Of a stretch of 64,000 nt of DNA, positions 1-10,000 are shown piece after piece. A model generated the notes under the pieces. It made no database searches. It had not been told where the DNA came from and worked only from the letters and a program-made list of their open reading frames with translations. Both the position numbers and the translations under genes were made by a program. Source of the DNA: Candidatus Latescibacterota bacterium (GTDB lineage: Bacteria; Latescibacterota; UBA2968; GCA-2709665); the NCBI GenBank assembly GCA_965203805.1, contig OZ241917.1, positions 4,096,001-4,160,000 of the forward strand, read 5' to 3'. Within the stretch, counting starts at the first letter, position 1. Each line of letters opens with the position of its first letter.

Positions 1-969
1 TTCAGTGGTTTTGTTCTTCGCGCCCGGCCGCGCGGTGGCCGACTTGACAACGGTTACAAGCAGTATTGCTTCGGACCAAGAGAAGTTAGATCCCAAATCG
101 TATCAAATGCAACATACACAACTCGTGCTTTGACGAATGGTCGATCCCTGTCGGCAGTGCGTATCCCAGTCCCACCAAAGCCTGAGCAACGCGCCATCGC
201 CGCGGCATTGTCGGATGTGGATGGGTTGCTCACGGCGCTGGAAGCGCTGATCGCCAAAAAGCGAGCCATCAAGCAGGCCGCTAGGCAACAACTCCTTACC
301 CGCAAGACTCGGTTGCCCGGGTTCACCGGGGCGTGGGTGACGAAGCGATTAGGTGAGCTAATTCGAATAATACCAAGTGGGATCTACGGCTTACCAAGAC
401 AAAACGGGCAACTAATAGCAATGCCAGTCGCGACCACAGCACACATTGATATTGGTGACAGGTGGAATCACAAGAATATGGACATTCGCTATTTCACGGA
501 AAATCAAAAAGCGAATTTTTCGCCTAGACAGGGCGATTTGATCGTTGTTAAATCAAGCGGCTCGTCCGAAAGTATACAATCTGGAAAGGTTGGATATGTC
601 TCGGATGATCAAGCTGGGTTATTCATCTTTAGCAACTTTTTGATGCTCCTTCGCCCAATTTTCTGCAATTCACAATTCTTGTTCTTTCAACTGGTATCTA
701 GTCGAGTGAAAAAGATGCTGCCACATTTGGTTGAAGCATCAACCTATCCCAATATCCGTATTGACGACTACTTGGACCTACAGATCCCGTTGCCGCCAAG
801 TGAGGAACAGGCAGCGATTGTGGACATCTTATCTGAAATTGATGCCGAGATTACTTCTCTGGAGCTACGGAGAGACAAAGCCCGTGCTATTAAATGTGGT
901 ATGGTGCAGCAGCTTCTCACCGGCCAGGTTAGGCTGGTCGACCCCGACTTTGATCACGCCAGGAGCTGA
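1..969 (+). CDS. hsdS: Type I restriction-modification specificity subunit (5'-truncated by window edge)
   Basis: Frame 1 is open from base 1 (FSGFVLRARP...). Two conserved HsdS helical segments (IPVPPKPEQRAIAAALSDVD...KKRAIKQAARQQLL; IPLPPSEEQAAIVDILSEID...KCGMVQQLLTG) flank a variable TRD. hsdR lies downstream. Confidence 0.95.
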   Translation, partial: FSGFVLRARPRGGRLDNGYKQYCFGPREVRSQIVSNATYTTRALTNGRSLSAVRIPVPPKPEQRAIAAALSDVDGLLTALEALIAKKRAIKQAARQQLLTRKTRLPGFTGAWVTKRLGELIRIIPSGIYGLPRQNGQLIAMPVATTAHIDIGDRWNHKNMDIRYFTENQKANFSPRQGDLIVVKSSGSSESIQSGKVGYVSDDQAGLFIFSNFLMLLRPIFCNSQFLFFQLVSSRVKKMLPHLVEASTYPNIRIDDYLDLQIPLPPSEEQAAIVDILSEIDAEITSLELRRDKARAIKCGMVQQLLTGQVRLVDPDFDHARS

Positions 970-1044
970 AGTTGGCTTAAGGATAGTGATTGAGAATTGT
1001 TAGACACACGTAATTCTTGAGCATAAGTATCCGGAGATATTCTG

Positions 1045-1998
1045 ATGTCCGATGCATTCAACACAAAGAAACAGCCAGTACCTTCTAGCATTGGTGACGA
1101 GTGCTTCCCTGCCCTATACCATTCTGCTGACAAAGCCTCACTTTCCGCGCAACAGCGTTTCATCTGTCTGCAAAGATGGCAAATCACTTGCCTCATTTTG
1201 GGTAGCGTTGGTGCTGTCACTGCGACAAATGTTGAGGTCGAAGTCGTCAAATTGGCTTATATTGTTTCGGCGATCGTACTAGCAATTCTAGTCATCCTCA
1301 CTTGGGTAACGCGTGCCCGTCGGGATGATAAAGTTTGGTTCGACTGTCGCGCCATTGCAGAGTCCACAAAGACAGCTACGTGGCGCTTCATGATGAAAGC
1401 TGCACCCTTCAAGGATGACAGCAAGGCTAGAAAGTTGTTCATTAACGAGCTTCGGCTAATACGAAAAGCGAGACCATTCATTGCGCAAAATTTGGCACAC
1501 AACTTAGACGCAAACGCCCCGTCCATAAGTGACTCAATGGATAATGTGCGCCAGAAGCCCTTGAATGATAGGCGATACGTGTATCTTGTGTCAAGGCTTC
1601 GCGACCAAAAGATTTGGTATTCCAATAAAGCCAAATTCAACTCAAGGATGGAACGGCGCTGGTTCTTTGGGGTGTTGGTACTACAGATTCTTGCCGTTGC
1701 TCTTGCAATCATCTGTGCTGCTACGGGTAGTTTGCCGGTAAACATCGTTCCATTGGTGTTAACCAGCGCCGCTGCTGGTATTGCATGGACCCGGATAAAG
1801 CGCTACGCTGAGCTAGCTCAGTCCTATTCGCTTGCGGCCCAAGAACTAGGAGACCAAGAAACAACCGCGTTGGATATAACGGAAGAAGCTGATTTCCTCG
1901 AACTCGTGGAGCAGGTCGAGCAGACCGTTTCTCGAGAGCACACTATGTGGTGTGCACGCCGAGATATAGTGTTCGATCCATCCGACATAAAGTACTAA
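1045..1998 (+). CDS. SLATT/DUF4231-type membrane effector (two tandem 2-TM SLATT-like domains)
   Basis: FPALYHSADKASLSAQ N-terminus, TM pair, WFDCRAIAESTKTATWRFMM, second TM pair, C-terminal VEQVEQTVSREHTMW; this pattern is typical of DUF4231/SLATT proteins. Confidence 0.8.
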   Translation: MSDAFNTKKQPVPSSIGDECFPALYHSADKASLSAQQRFICLQRWQITCLILGSVGAVTATNVEVEVVKLAYIVSAIVLAILVILTWVTRARRDDKVWFDCRAIAESTKTATWRFMMKAAPFKDDSKARKLFINELRLIRKARPFIAQNLAHNLDANAPSISDSMDNVRQKPLNDRRYVYLVSRLRDQKIWYSNKAKFNSRMERRWFFGVLVLQILAVALAIICAATGSLPVNIVPLVLTSAAAGIAWTRIKRYAELAQSYSLAAQELGDQETTALDITEEADFLELVEQVEQTVSREHTMWCARRDIVFDPSDIKY

Positions 1999-2056
1999 CA
2001 TGGCCAAGGTTAGAATTCTGTCCTGAAGTCGACGCGTACGTGGACCCTTCAGAATA

Positions 2057-3103
2057 ATGCAATCAAGGATGATTGGGATGACCATCCAGCAAGGCAATGG
2101 ACCTAGATATCTTAATGCCGGGTTCTGTACCGCAATAGAACGAAGCCTTCAGTTATATGTCGCTAAGACATCCGTTCAGCTACCTTGCTTTTTCCCGTCC
2201 GTTTCGAGCGTGAAGACAGCCCTATTACCGGTAAATTACCTTGACCTTCTGACCGTTGCCGGCCATTCACCTATCTTGTCGTCAGCCTATGATTTAGCTC
2301 ATTGTCCTGCCGATCAGCGCTCGCAAATGGAAACTGCACTTTCGAGGCGTACAGAAAGCGGTACAATTGTACTTATCGATAGCGGAAACTACGAACGCTA
2401 TTGGAAAAAAGATACCGAATGGCAACCGGCTCATTTTCATGAGATAGTCGGTTCCTTTCATCACGATCTTTGCTTCTGTTATGACAACCTAGAGCCACCT
2501 GACTCGCCGAAATCGATCGCCCAGGACGTCGTTGCCAGTGTAATCAGAGATCAGGATCATGCACAATCAACAGTGCTTCCGATAGTCCATGGCAACGCAG
2601 AATCATTGCCAGATGCGGCGCGTTTAACTGCGGAACAACTCTACCCTCTATTGTTGGCTGTGGCGGAACGAGATCTGGGAGAGGGAATTCTCGAGCGGAT
2701 CCGCACCGTACGGAAAATTCGAGCAGCGCTAAATTCATTAGGTTTCTATTGCCCGCTTCACCTGCTCGGTACGGGCAATCCGCTTTCAATCATTGCCTAT
2801 ACATTGGCGGGAGCCGATAGTTTTGACGGATTGGAATGGTGTCAGGTCGTTGTTGATCACGAAAATGGCAGGATGTTACATATGCAGCAATGGGATTTGG
2901 TCCGTCATCAGACAGATTGGCGTCCATCTGACGAACTACCATACCGCTACGCTGTTTTGATGCACAATCTGGAATTTTATCGCGAGTTTATGGTGGGGCT
3001 TCATGACGCGCTACGTTACGGAACAGTTGAACCGTTCGTTCAACAATACACAACTAAGGAACAATTGGATCGACTCTTGTCTGCTACCAAAGGAGACCAA
3101 TAG
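2057..3103 (+). CDS. tRNA-guanine transglycosylase-like protein (Cap10/DpdA-like TGT fold)
   Basis: PCFFPSVSS, IDSGNYE (DSG motif), PIVHG, LHLLGTGNP, GADSFDG (nucleophile Asp motif). No obvious C-terminal Zn-binding Cys cluster of canonical Tgt. Start could alternatively be 2078. Confidence 0.8.
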   Translation: MQSRMIGMTIQQGNGPRYLNAGFCTAIERSLQLYVAKTSVQLPCFFPSVSSVKTALLPVNYLDLLTVAGHSPILSSAYDLAHCPADQRSQMETALSRRTESGTIVLIDSGNYERYWKKDTEWQPAHFHEIVGSFHHDLCFCYDNLEPPDSPKSIAQDVVASVIRDQDHAQSTVLPIVHGNAESLPDAARLTAEQLYPLLLAVAERDLGEGILERIRTVRKIRAALNSLGFYCPLHLLGTGNPLSIIAYTLAGADSFDGLEWCQVVVDHENGRMLHMQQWDLVRHQTDWRPSDELPYRYAVLMHNLEFYREFMVGLHDALRYGTVEPFVQQYTTKEQLDRLLSATKGDQ

Positions 3104-3104
3104 C

Positions 3105-3818
3105 ATGGCGACGATAAAATTCACGCTTCTGGCTATTGAACAAGCGATCCGCGATGTCTGCAACACATTAGACGAGCGCCCCGCTGTGTCATGGAGAAAG
3201 CACAACGAAGGTGATTTGTGGCGGGAGCTTGTGTCATGTATCCTCGGTAGTCGGGTTCGAATTAACGTTGTAAACTCAGCCATCGAACGCATGACCAGAA
3301 TGTCTTTGTTGTCGCGACCCCAGCCACACACTTGTTTCAATCAACTTGAAGAGGACACTCTAGCAGCACTTAAGGGAGTTTATCCTTTTTTTCGTGTCCG
3401 TGCCAATCAGATTCGGCGGGCAGCAGAGCACATATACAGTTCACGAGGTTCAATACGCAGCCTGTTAAACGACTTAGAAGACGTTTGCATCGCTCGAAGA
3501 TTGCTAGTGCGAGAGGTTCCCGGTCTGGGACCGAAACAGGCAAGTCTTTTCCTTCGCAACATTGGTTTTGCAAAGTACATTGCGATCTTGGATGTACATG
3601 TTCTGACTTATTTGCGTTGGGTAGGAATTAGTGGCTCATCGTTCAAATCGATTTCGAATCTGTGCGAATACGAAGCGTTGGAAGGCGCCTTTATCGAACA
3701 TGCCTGTGCGTTCGGATACTCGCCTGACCAATTCGACCTTGCGGTCTGGATTGTAATAAGGGTGGCAAAGGAGGAATCCAAATTTGCGGATCGTGACTCT
3801 TGTATCGGGTGGATATGA
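3105..3818 (+). CDS. 8-oxoguanine DNA glycosylase/N-glycosylase-like, HhH-GPD superfamily (Cap11-like)
   Basis: LWRELVSCILGS; HhH motif VPGLGPKQASLFLRNIG with Lys; AILDVHV with catalytic Asp; C-terminal FDLAVW. ATG at 3105 with GGAG upstream, just after the TGT stop. Confidence 0.85.
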   Translation: MATIKFTLLAIEQAIRDVCNTLDERPAVSWRKHNEGDLWRELVSCILGSRVRINVVNSAIERMTRMSLLSRPQPHTCFNQLEEDTLAALKGVYPFFRVRANQIRRAAEHIYSSRGSIRSLLNDLEDVCIARRLLVREVPGLGPKQASLFLRNIGFAKYIAILDVHVLTYLRWVGISGSSFKSISNLCEYEALEGAFIEHACAFGYSPDQFDLAVWIVIRVAKEESKFADRDSCIGWI

Positions 3819-4380
3819 TTCAACACTTGTGAGCGTGATAGCGAAGGAGGAGGGAGCGGAGTTGTTTCCGCTCTTTATAGACTACGGCCAGCTTGCCGTA
3901 CGCAAGGAGTGGGAAGCCTGCGTGTGCCTTCACTCACAATTTGGTCTACCTCCTGTGACGTACATGGACTTGTCTGGGTTTGGAAAGACGATCTCAAGTG
4001 GTCTCACAGATTGTAATTTGCGTATTAATGAAGATGCATTTTTGCCGGGTCGCAATCTCCTCTTTGTCTTGGCAGGTGCGGCTCATGCTATCGACGTTCA
4101 GGCAAATAGCATCGCGCTCGGCCTACTCAATCCCGCGGATCATATCTTCCCAGACCAGACGAAACAGTTCTTGGAAGAATGCGAAAGGATGATCGAGGTT
4201 GCGATGGGGAGCCGCATTCTTGTCCTTGCGCCATTATTGGAGTTGTCAAAGCGAGAAGTCTTGCTCTTGGCCAGCAAACGAGGGATCACACAAACCTATT
4301 CGTGTCATGCTGGTGGTAAAGAACCTTGCGGGGTTTGTATTGCATGTATTGAAATCGATAATGCTAAAAAAAGGAGATAA
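3784..4380 (+). CDS. QueC-like (7-cyano-7-deazaguanine synthase family; Cap9-like) PP-loop enzyme
   Basis: PP-loop SGGYDS, IDYGQ, FLPGRNLLF, FPD, Zn motif YSCH...PCGVCIAC. TTG start overlaps the end of the glycosylase gene. Confidence 0.9.
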   Translation: MRIVTLVSGGYDSTLVSVIAKEEGAELFPLFIDYGQLAVRKEWEACVCLHSQFGLPPVTYMDLSGFGKTISSGLTDCNLRINEDAFLPGRNLLFVLAGAAHAIDVQANSIALGLLNPADHIFPDQTKQFLEECERMIEVAMGSRILVLAPLLELSKREVLLLASKRGITQTYSCHAGGKEPCGVCIACIEIDNAKKRR

Positions 4381-4382
4381 AG

Positions 4383-4886
4383 ATGGGCGGCATAGGTAGT
4401 GGTAGAGAATTAGACCCAAACGAACTGGAGTCACTCGAGCAGAGTGTCAGAAGGTCTCTTAAGGATCGTGTCGACGAGCACAAACGCAATGTGTTTATAA
4501 GCTTTTCATCGGATGATCTCAGTGAGGTTAATCTGCTGCGTGCTCAGGCGAGGAACCAAGACAGCAACATAGATTTCAATGATTGGTCACTGAGAAAACC
4601 GTTCGACAGTGAGGTAGCCGACTATATAAGGCGCGGTATTAGGGAACGAATTCGCCAATCTTCTGTAACTGTTGTCTATGTGTCTGAAAACACCGCAAGT
4701 AGCAAATGGGTCGACTGGGAGATAAGGGAGAGCCTCAAAATGGGAAAAGGCGTCGTTGCAATGCACAAAGGAAACACTGCACCACGACGACTTCCTAAGG
4801 CAATAATCGACAACAACATTAGTGTCGTACCCTGGAGACAAGATCACCTTGCGAGTATCATTGAGAGGGAATCCGAGAATCGTTAG
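4383..4886 (+). CDS. TIR-domain protein (ThsB/MTH538-like) with Gly-rich N-terminal extension
   Basis: RNVFISF, DFNDWSL, IRERIRQSSVTVVYV, SKWVDWEI (catalytic Glu), VVPW. AGGAG RBS; starts 2 nt after the queC-like stop. Confidence 0.88.
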   Translation: MGGIGSGRELDPNELESLEQSVRRSLKDRVDEHKRNVFISFSSDDLSEVNLLRAQARNQDSNIDFNDWSLRKPFDSEVADYIRRGIRERIRQSSVTVVYVSENTASSKWVDWEIRESLKMGKGVVAMHKGNTAPRRLPKAIIDNNISVVPWRQDHLASIIERESENR

Positions 4887-5104
4887 AAACGCAGGAATTA
4901 ACATTGACATGAAACGCCTCAGCAGTTTTCCTTGGGATTTGGCCGCAATTAGAATCGAGATTTGACTTTTCTGGACGGCGATTCTCTAATTAGCCGGACA
5001 TAAACGGGGGATAAGATGAATATTAACGAACCAAATGCCCCGTGCCTCTTGGGATTGCTAAATTGACGTCTTACAGTTAGGTGCTCGCTGAGGAGGGTCC
5101 CAAA

Positions 5105-6451
5105 ATGTTGACACGGCTACGTTTAGAGAATTTTAAATCCTGGGAAGATACAGGGAACATAACGTTTAAGCCTATCACAGGGTTTTTTGGTACCAATAGT
5201 TCTGGCAAGACCAGCCTTTTTCAAGCTCTGCTGTTAATGAAACAAACAGTCGACTCTTCGGACCCGGGAATTGTATTTCACTTCGGCGATGAGAAGACAC
5301 CTGTGGACCTAGGTGACTTTGAAAGCGTGGTCCACCAGCATGATACAAAGCGAAGTATTAAACTTTCACTTGGCTGGAACTCAGAGATTGAACTGCCTAT
5401 ATACGAAATTCGTAAGGCAGGGGCGACATCGCCAGGTGGCGAAATTGGCTTTGTTGCCGAGATCAAGGAAGAAAACATCGGTTCAGGGAAGTCTCCGATA
5501 TTGCAAGAAATGGCATATAGAGTCCGAGGGAGGCGGTTTGGATTGGTGCGTATAGCCGGTCGCAAGGCACACGAACTATTTGTTCAAGGTGCTGGTTTCG
5601 ATCACTCCCACCGTGTAAGGGATGACGAAAGAAATGTTAGGTCGCTCAAATTTCACGAGTTTCGATATTGGCCGCCTGAGTTCCTCAAAGACCCCACAGC
5701 AATGTACAGTCTACAAAACGCGATGGAGAGATTCCTGCGCGATCTCTATTATCTTGGACCTCTACGTGGCTACCCGTCTCGCATATATGCACGATCGGGA
5801 GCGCAACCGCGTGACATGGGCGCAGCAGGTGAGTTTGTAGTCGATGCGATACTTTCTTCACGTGAACGCGGCAGGAGAATTGGACAACGTAAACAATCTC
5901 AAAGTTTCGAGAGATATGTCGCTCAATGGCTAATGCGTCTCGGGATGATATTCGACTTTCGCGTAGTGGCATTAACTAAAGGGAGAAACTTGTACGAAGT
6001 AAAGGTTCGTAAGTCGCCCGATTCAGCGGAGGTCCTCCTCACTGACATTGGTTTCGGGGTTTCCCAGATTCTTCCCGTGTTGGTGTTGTGCTTTTATGTC
6101 CCCCGTAAGTCCAAGGTCATTTTGGAGCAGCCAGAGATTCACTTGCATCCTTCTGTACAGGCGGGCCTTGCTGATGTATTTATTGACGCTTGGCAGCAGC
6201 GCAATGTGCAGGTCTTGTTCGAAAGCCATAGCGAACATCTATTGCTTAGACTTCAACGTCGAATCGCAGAAGGAAAGATCAACAAGGATGACGTTAGCCT
6301 TTATTTCTGTTCAATGAACGACCAGGGTGCCTCAAACATTAGCCAGCTCGAGCTTGACAAATTCGGGAATATTTCCAATTGGCCTAAAGGGTTCTTTGGG
6401 GATCAGTTCGGTGAAATTGCCGCCATGAGCGAGGCCTTACAGAATAGGTAG
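5105..6451 (+). CDS. ABC-type AAA ATPase (AAA_15/AAA_21, DUF3696-like C-terminus)
   Basis: LENFKSW, Walker A GTNSSGKT, signature GFGVSQILP, Walker B ILEQPEIHLHP, H-loop ESHSEH, C-terminal WPKGFF. AGGAGG RBS before ATG 5105. Confidence 0.9.
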   Translation: MLTRLRLENFKSWEDTGNITFKPITGFFGTNSSGKTSLFQALLLMKQTVDSSDPGIVFHFGDEKTPVDLGDFESVVHQHDTKRSIKLSLGWNSEIELPIYEIRKAGATSPGGEIGFVAEIKEENIGSGKSPILQEMAYRVRGRRFGLVRIAGRKAHELFVQGAGFDHSHRVRDDERNVRSLKFHEFRYWPPEFLKDPTAMYSLQNAMERFLRDLYYLGPLRGYPSRIYARSGAQPRDMGAAGEFVVDAILSSRERGRRIGQRKQSQSFERYVAQWLMRLGMIFDFRVVALTKGRNLYEVKVRKSPDSAEVLLTDIGFGVSQILPVLVLCFYVPRKSKVILEQPEIHLHPSVQAGLADVFIDAWQQRNVQVLFESHSEHLLLRLQRRIAEGKINKDDVSLYFCSMNDQGASNISQLELDKFGNISNWPKGFFGDQFGEIAAMSEALQNR

Positions 6452-6462
6452 GGGTATCTCGA

Positions 6463-6963
6463 GTGAATTCGAAGAAACCTGAGATAATCATGGATACCAA
6501 TGTCGCCGTAGTTGCAAATCATAATTACCAAGACTTCAACCGGAGTTGCATATTTAAGTGTAGAGAAACATTAAGTATGATCCAGAACGGAGGGTTTCGG
6601 CTTCTTCTTGACGACGAGAATCTGATTATAGACGAATACCGAAGAAACCTCAACCCTTCAGGGGAGCCTGGTCTCGGGGACTATTTCTTCCTGTGGCTTT
6701 GGAAAAACCAAGCTAACGACCAGCATTGCCGGAAAATCACAGTAAAGCCTCACCGAGACCGTGGCTTCGAGGAGTTTCCCAATGACCCAGATCTCGATAC
6801 TTTCGATTGGGATGATCGAAAGTTCGTGGCTGTAGCGTTGGCTAGCCATTCTAGTCCGGAGTTGTTAAACGCATCTGATACAGATTGGTGGCACCACCGC
6901 GCAACACTTCAAAAAAATGGGATTCACGTGGTGTTTGTCTGTCCGGACCTGATGGACGATTGA
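6463..6963 (+). CDS. PIN-domain-like protein (putative ribonuclease)
   Basis: Acidic PIN pattern IIMDTNV, IIDEY, DWDDRKFVAVA, ASDTD. Starts 11 nt after the ATPase stop. Confidence 0.65.
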   Translation: MNSKKPEIIMDTNVAVVANHNYQDFNRSCIFKCRETLSMIQNGGFRLLLDDENLIIDEYRRNLNPSGEPGLGDYFFLWLWKNQANDQHCRKITVKPHRDRGFEEFPNDPDLDTFDWDDRKFVAVALASHSSPELLNASDTDWWHHRATLQKNGIHVVFVCPDLMDD

Positions 6964-7038
6964 GGCCAACTCATCGAGTGCGGCCAATGTCTTTCTCCCA
7001 GTTGTGAACTGGCCCGAGTTACTAAATTGCGAACGTAC

Positions 7039-10000
7039 ATGAACACAATCGGTCAAAACGAATTTCGCACACAGCGACGGGTGATTTCTTTCTTGCGGGA
7101 TTCGCTAGGGTACTCCTATCTCGGCAACTGGCAGGACCGCGTCGATAACAGTAATGTTGAGGAAGGGCTGCTCACCGATTGGCTGAAGCGAAATGGTCAC
7201 GGCGACAGTGTTATCAACAAAGTTCTGCGTGAACTGGACAACGCATCAGCACTCGGCGGCAGCAAGACTCTCTACGAAGCAAACCGTGAGGTTTATAGAC
7301 TGCTCCGTTACGGAGTGAAGGTCCGACCGGACGTCGGCGAACCGAACGTCACCGTCTGGCTGATGGACTGGGAGAATCCCGGTAAAAACGACTTTGCAAT
7401 CGCCGAGGAGGTTACAGTCTCAGCGACGAACAGCAAACGACCGGACATTGTGCTATACGTCAATGGGATCGCTCTCGGGATCCTGGAACTGAAGCGCTCG
7501 ACGGTTTCTGTGACCGAGGGCATTCGTCAAAACCTTGACAACCAGAAAAAGGAGTTCATCCGCCCCTTTTTCACCACCGTGCAACTCGTGATGGCGGGCA
7601 ATGATACCGAGGGGTTGCGTTACGGCGTAATCGAGACACCTGAGAAATACTGGCTGCACTGGATGGAAGCGAACGCCAACCCGGCTGCCGGCGATAATCC
7701 ATTACTGCGCGAGCTGAGTCAACTCTGCAGTAAAGAGCGATTACTTGAGATTATACATGATTTCGTCGTCTTTGACGCTGGGGTAAAGAAGATTTGCCGC
7801 CACAACCAGTACTTCGGGGTTCGTGCCGCACAAAAACGCGTAAAGATCCGAGAAGGCGGTATCATCTGGCACACGCAGGGGAGTGGAAAGAGCCTGACGA
7901 TGGTCTGGCTTGCGAAATGGATTCGCGAGAACGTCACCGACGCAAGGGTCCTTCTCATAACGGATCGCACGGAATTGGACGAGCAAATTGAGACTGTTTT
8001 CAAGGGTGTCAGCGAGGACATCTACCGGACGAAAAGTGGAGCTGATCTCGTGCAGGTGCTTAACAGACCCGACGAATGGCTGATCGGCTCCCTTATCCAC
8101 AAGTTCGGTACAACCGACGATATCAGCGAAAGAGAAATCGAGGCCTACGTCGACGAGATCAAGAAGAATCTACCCGGTGATTTCCGTCCCAAGGGCGAAA
8201 TTTTCGTTTTCGTGGACGAATGTCACCGCACCCAGTCCGGAAAACTCCACGAGGCAATGAGGGCAATTTTACCAGGCGCTTCGCACATTGGCTTTACTGG
8301 AACCCCTTTGCTCAAGGCAGACAAGCGCCGCAGCATCGAGACTTTCGGAACCTACATCCACACCTATAAGTACGACGAAGCGGTGCGCGATGGCGTGGTG
8401 CTGGACTTGCGTTACGAAGCACGTGACATCGATCAGATTATAACTTCGCAGGAGAAAATAGATCAGTGGTTCGAAATCAAGACTCGCGAGTTGACCGACG
8501 TCGCTAAAGCCGAACTAAAGCAGCGATGGGGGACGATGCGAAATGTCCTTAGTTCCGAGGATCGGTTGAGAAAAATCGTTGGCGACATAATGTTCGACAT
8601 GCAGACGCGTGACCGGTTGAAAAGTGGTCGCGGAAATGCATTGCTTGTTTCCGGAAGCATCCACTCTGCCTGCCGCCTCTTTGATATGTTTCAGCAGACC
8701 GATTTGGCGGATAGGTGCGCCATTGTCACGTCTTACAAACCGGCCCCGGGGGACATCAAGGGAGAGGAAACGGGCGAGGGGCTTACCGAGAGACTTCGCC
8801 GTTACGGAATCTACCGAAGGATGCTTTCGGCTCACTTCAACGAGCCTGAAGACAAGGCGATGGGCAAGGTCGCCACGTTTGAGACGGAGGTAAAGAAACG
8901 GTTTATCGAGGAACCGGGACAGATGAAGCTGTTGATCGTCGTAGATAAACTGTTGACAGGTTTCGATGCACCATCGGCGACCTATCTTTACATTGACAAA
9001 CACATGCAGGACCACGGGCTCTTCCAGGCGATCTGCCGGGTAAACCGCCTCGACGGTGAGGACAAAGAATATGGATACATCGTCGACTACAAGGACCTGT
9101 TCCGTTCGTTGGAGCAGTCGATTCAGGATTACACCGGAGGTGCCTTCGGCGGGTACGACCGCACCGATGTGCAGGGGTTGCTGACAGACAGGCTCGCGAA
9201 GGGGCGGGAACGACTCGAGGAGACACGTGAGGCTATCAGGGCTTTGTGTGAGCCCGTCGCCCCGCCCCGCAACCGGTCGGCCTATCTACGTTTCTTCTGT
9301 GGGACAGATAGTGGAAACGGGGGCTGGCTTAATGCGGACAATGAGGCAAGGCGAGTTACGCTTTACAAGCGGGCTGCTGCGTTTTTGAGGGCTTACGCCA
9401 ACCTGGCCAATGAGATGCCCGACGCCGGTTACAGTGAAGCCGAGGCGCAAGAGATAAAAGCAGAAGTAGCCCACTACGAAAATGTCCGCAAGATAGTCAA
9501 GCTCGCGAGCAGCGACTACGTTGACCTGAAGATGTTTGAGCCTGCCATGAGGCACCTCCTCGACACCTACATCCGCGCCGAGGAGAGCGAAAAGCTCTCG
9601 GCGTTTGACGATCTGACACTTGTACAGCTAATCGTCAAGAAAGGTGATAAGGCGTTAGATGCACTTCCAGACGGTATTCGCAGTGATCAGGAGGCGACGG
9701 CCGAGACGATAGAGAATAACGTCCGCCGTCTCATCATCGACGAGACCCCGGTCAACCCTAAATATTACGGCAAGATGTCTGAGTTGTTGGACGCCCTGAT
9801 CCTTCAGCGTAAGCAGGAAAGCCTCGACTACAAGGTGTACCTTGCGAGAATTATTGACTTGGCCAAAAAAGTCAGCAGTCCTGAATCCGAAACGTCCTAT
9901 CCGTCGGAAATCGACACCAACACGCTCAGGTCTCTATTCGATAACTTACAGGGTGCCGCACTTGGACAAGACAAGGCCTATGCCGACACTGGGATGGAGC

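Noticed and set aside
1045-4886. Calling the operon a standard type IV CBASS, a Dpd system, QatABCD or housekeeping queuosine genes
   Set aside because: No CD-NTase motif, no dpdB-K, no QatA ATPase/TatD and no queD/queE/queF were recognised in the window; the operon sits inside an R-M locus.
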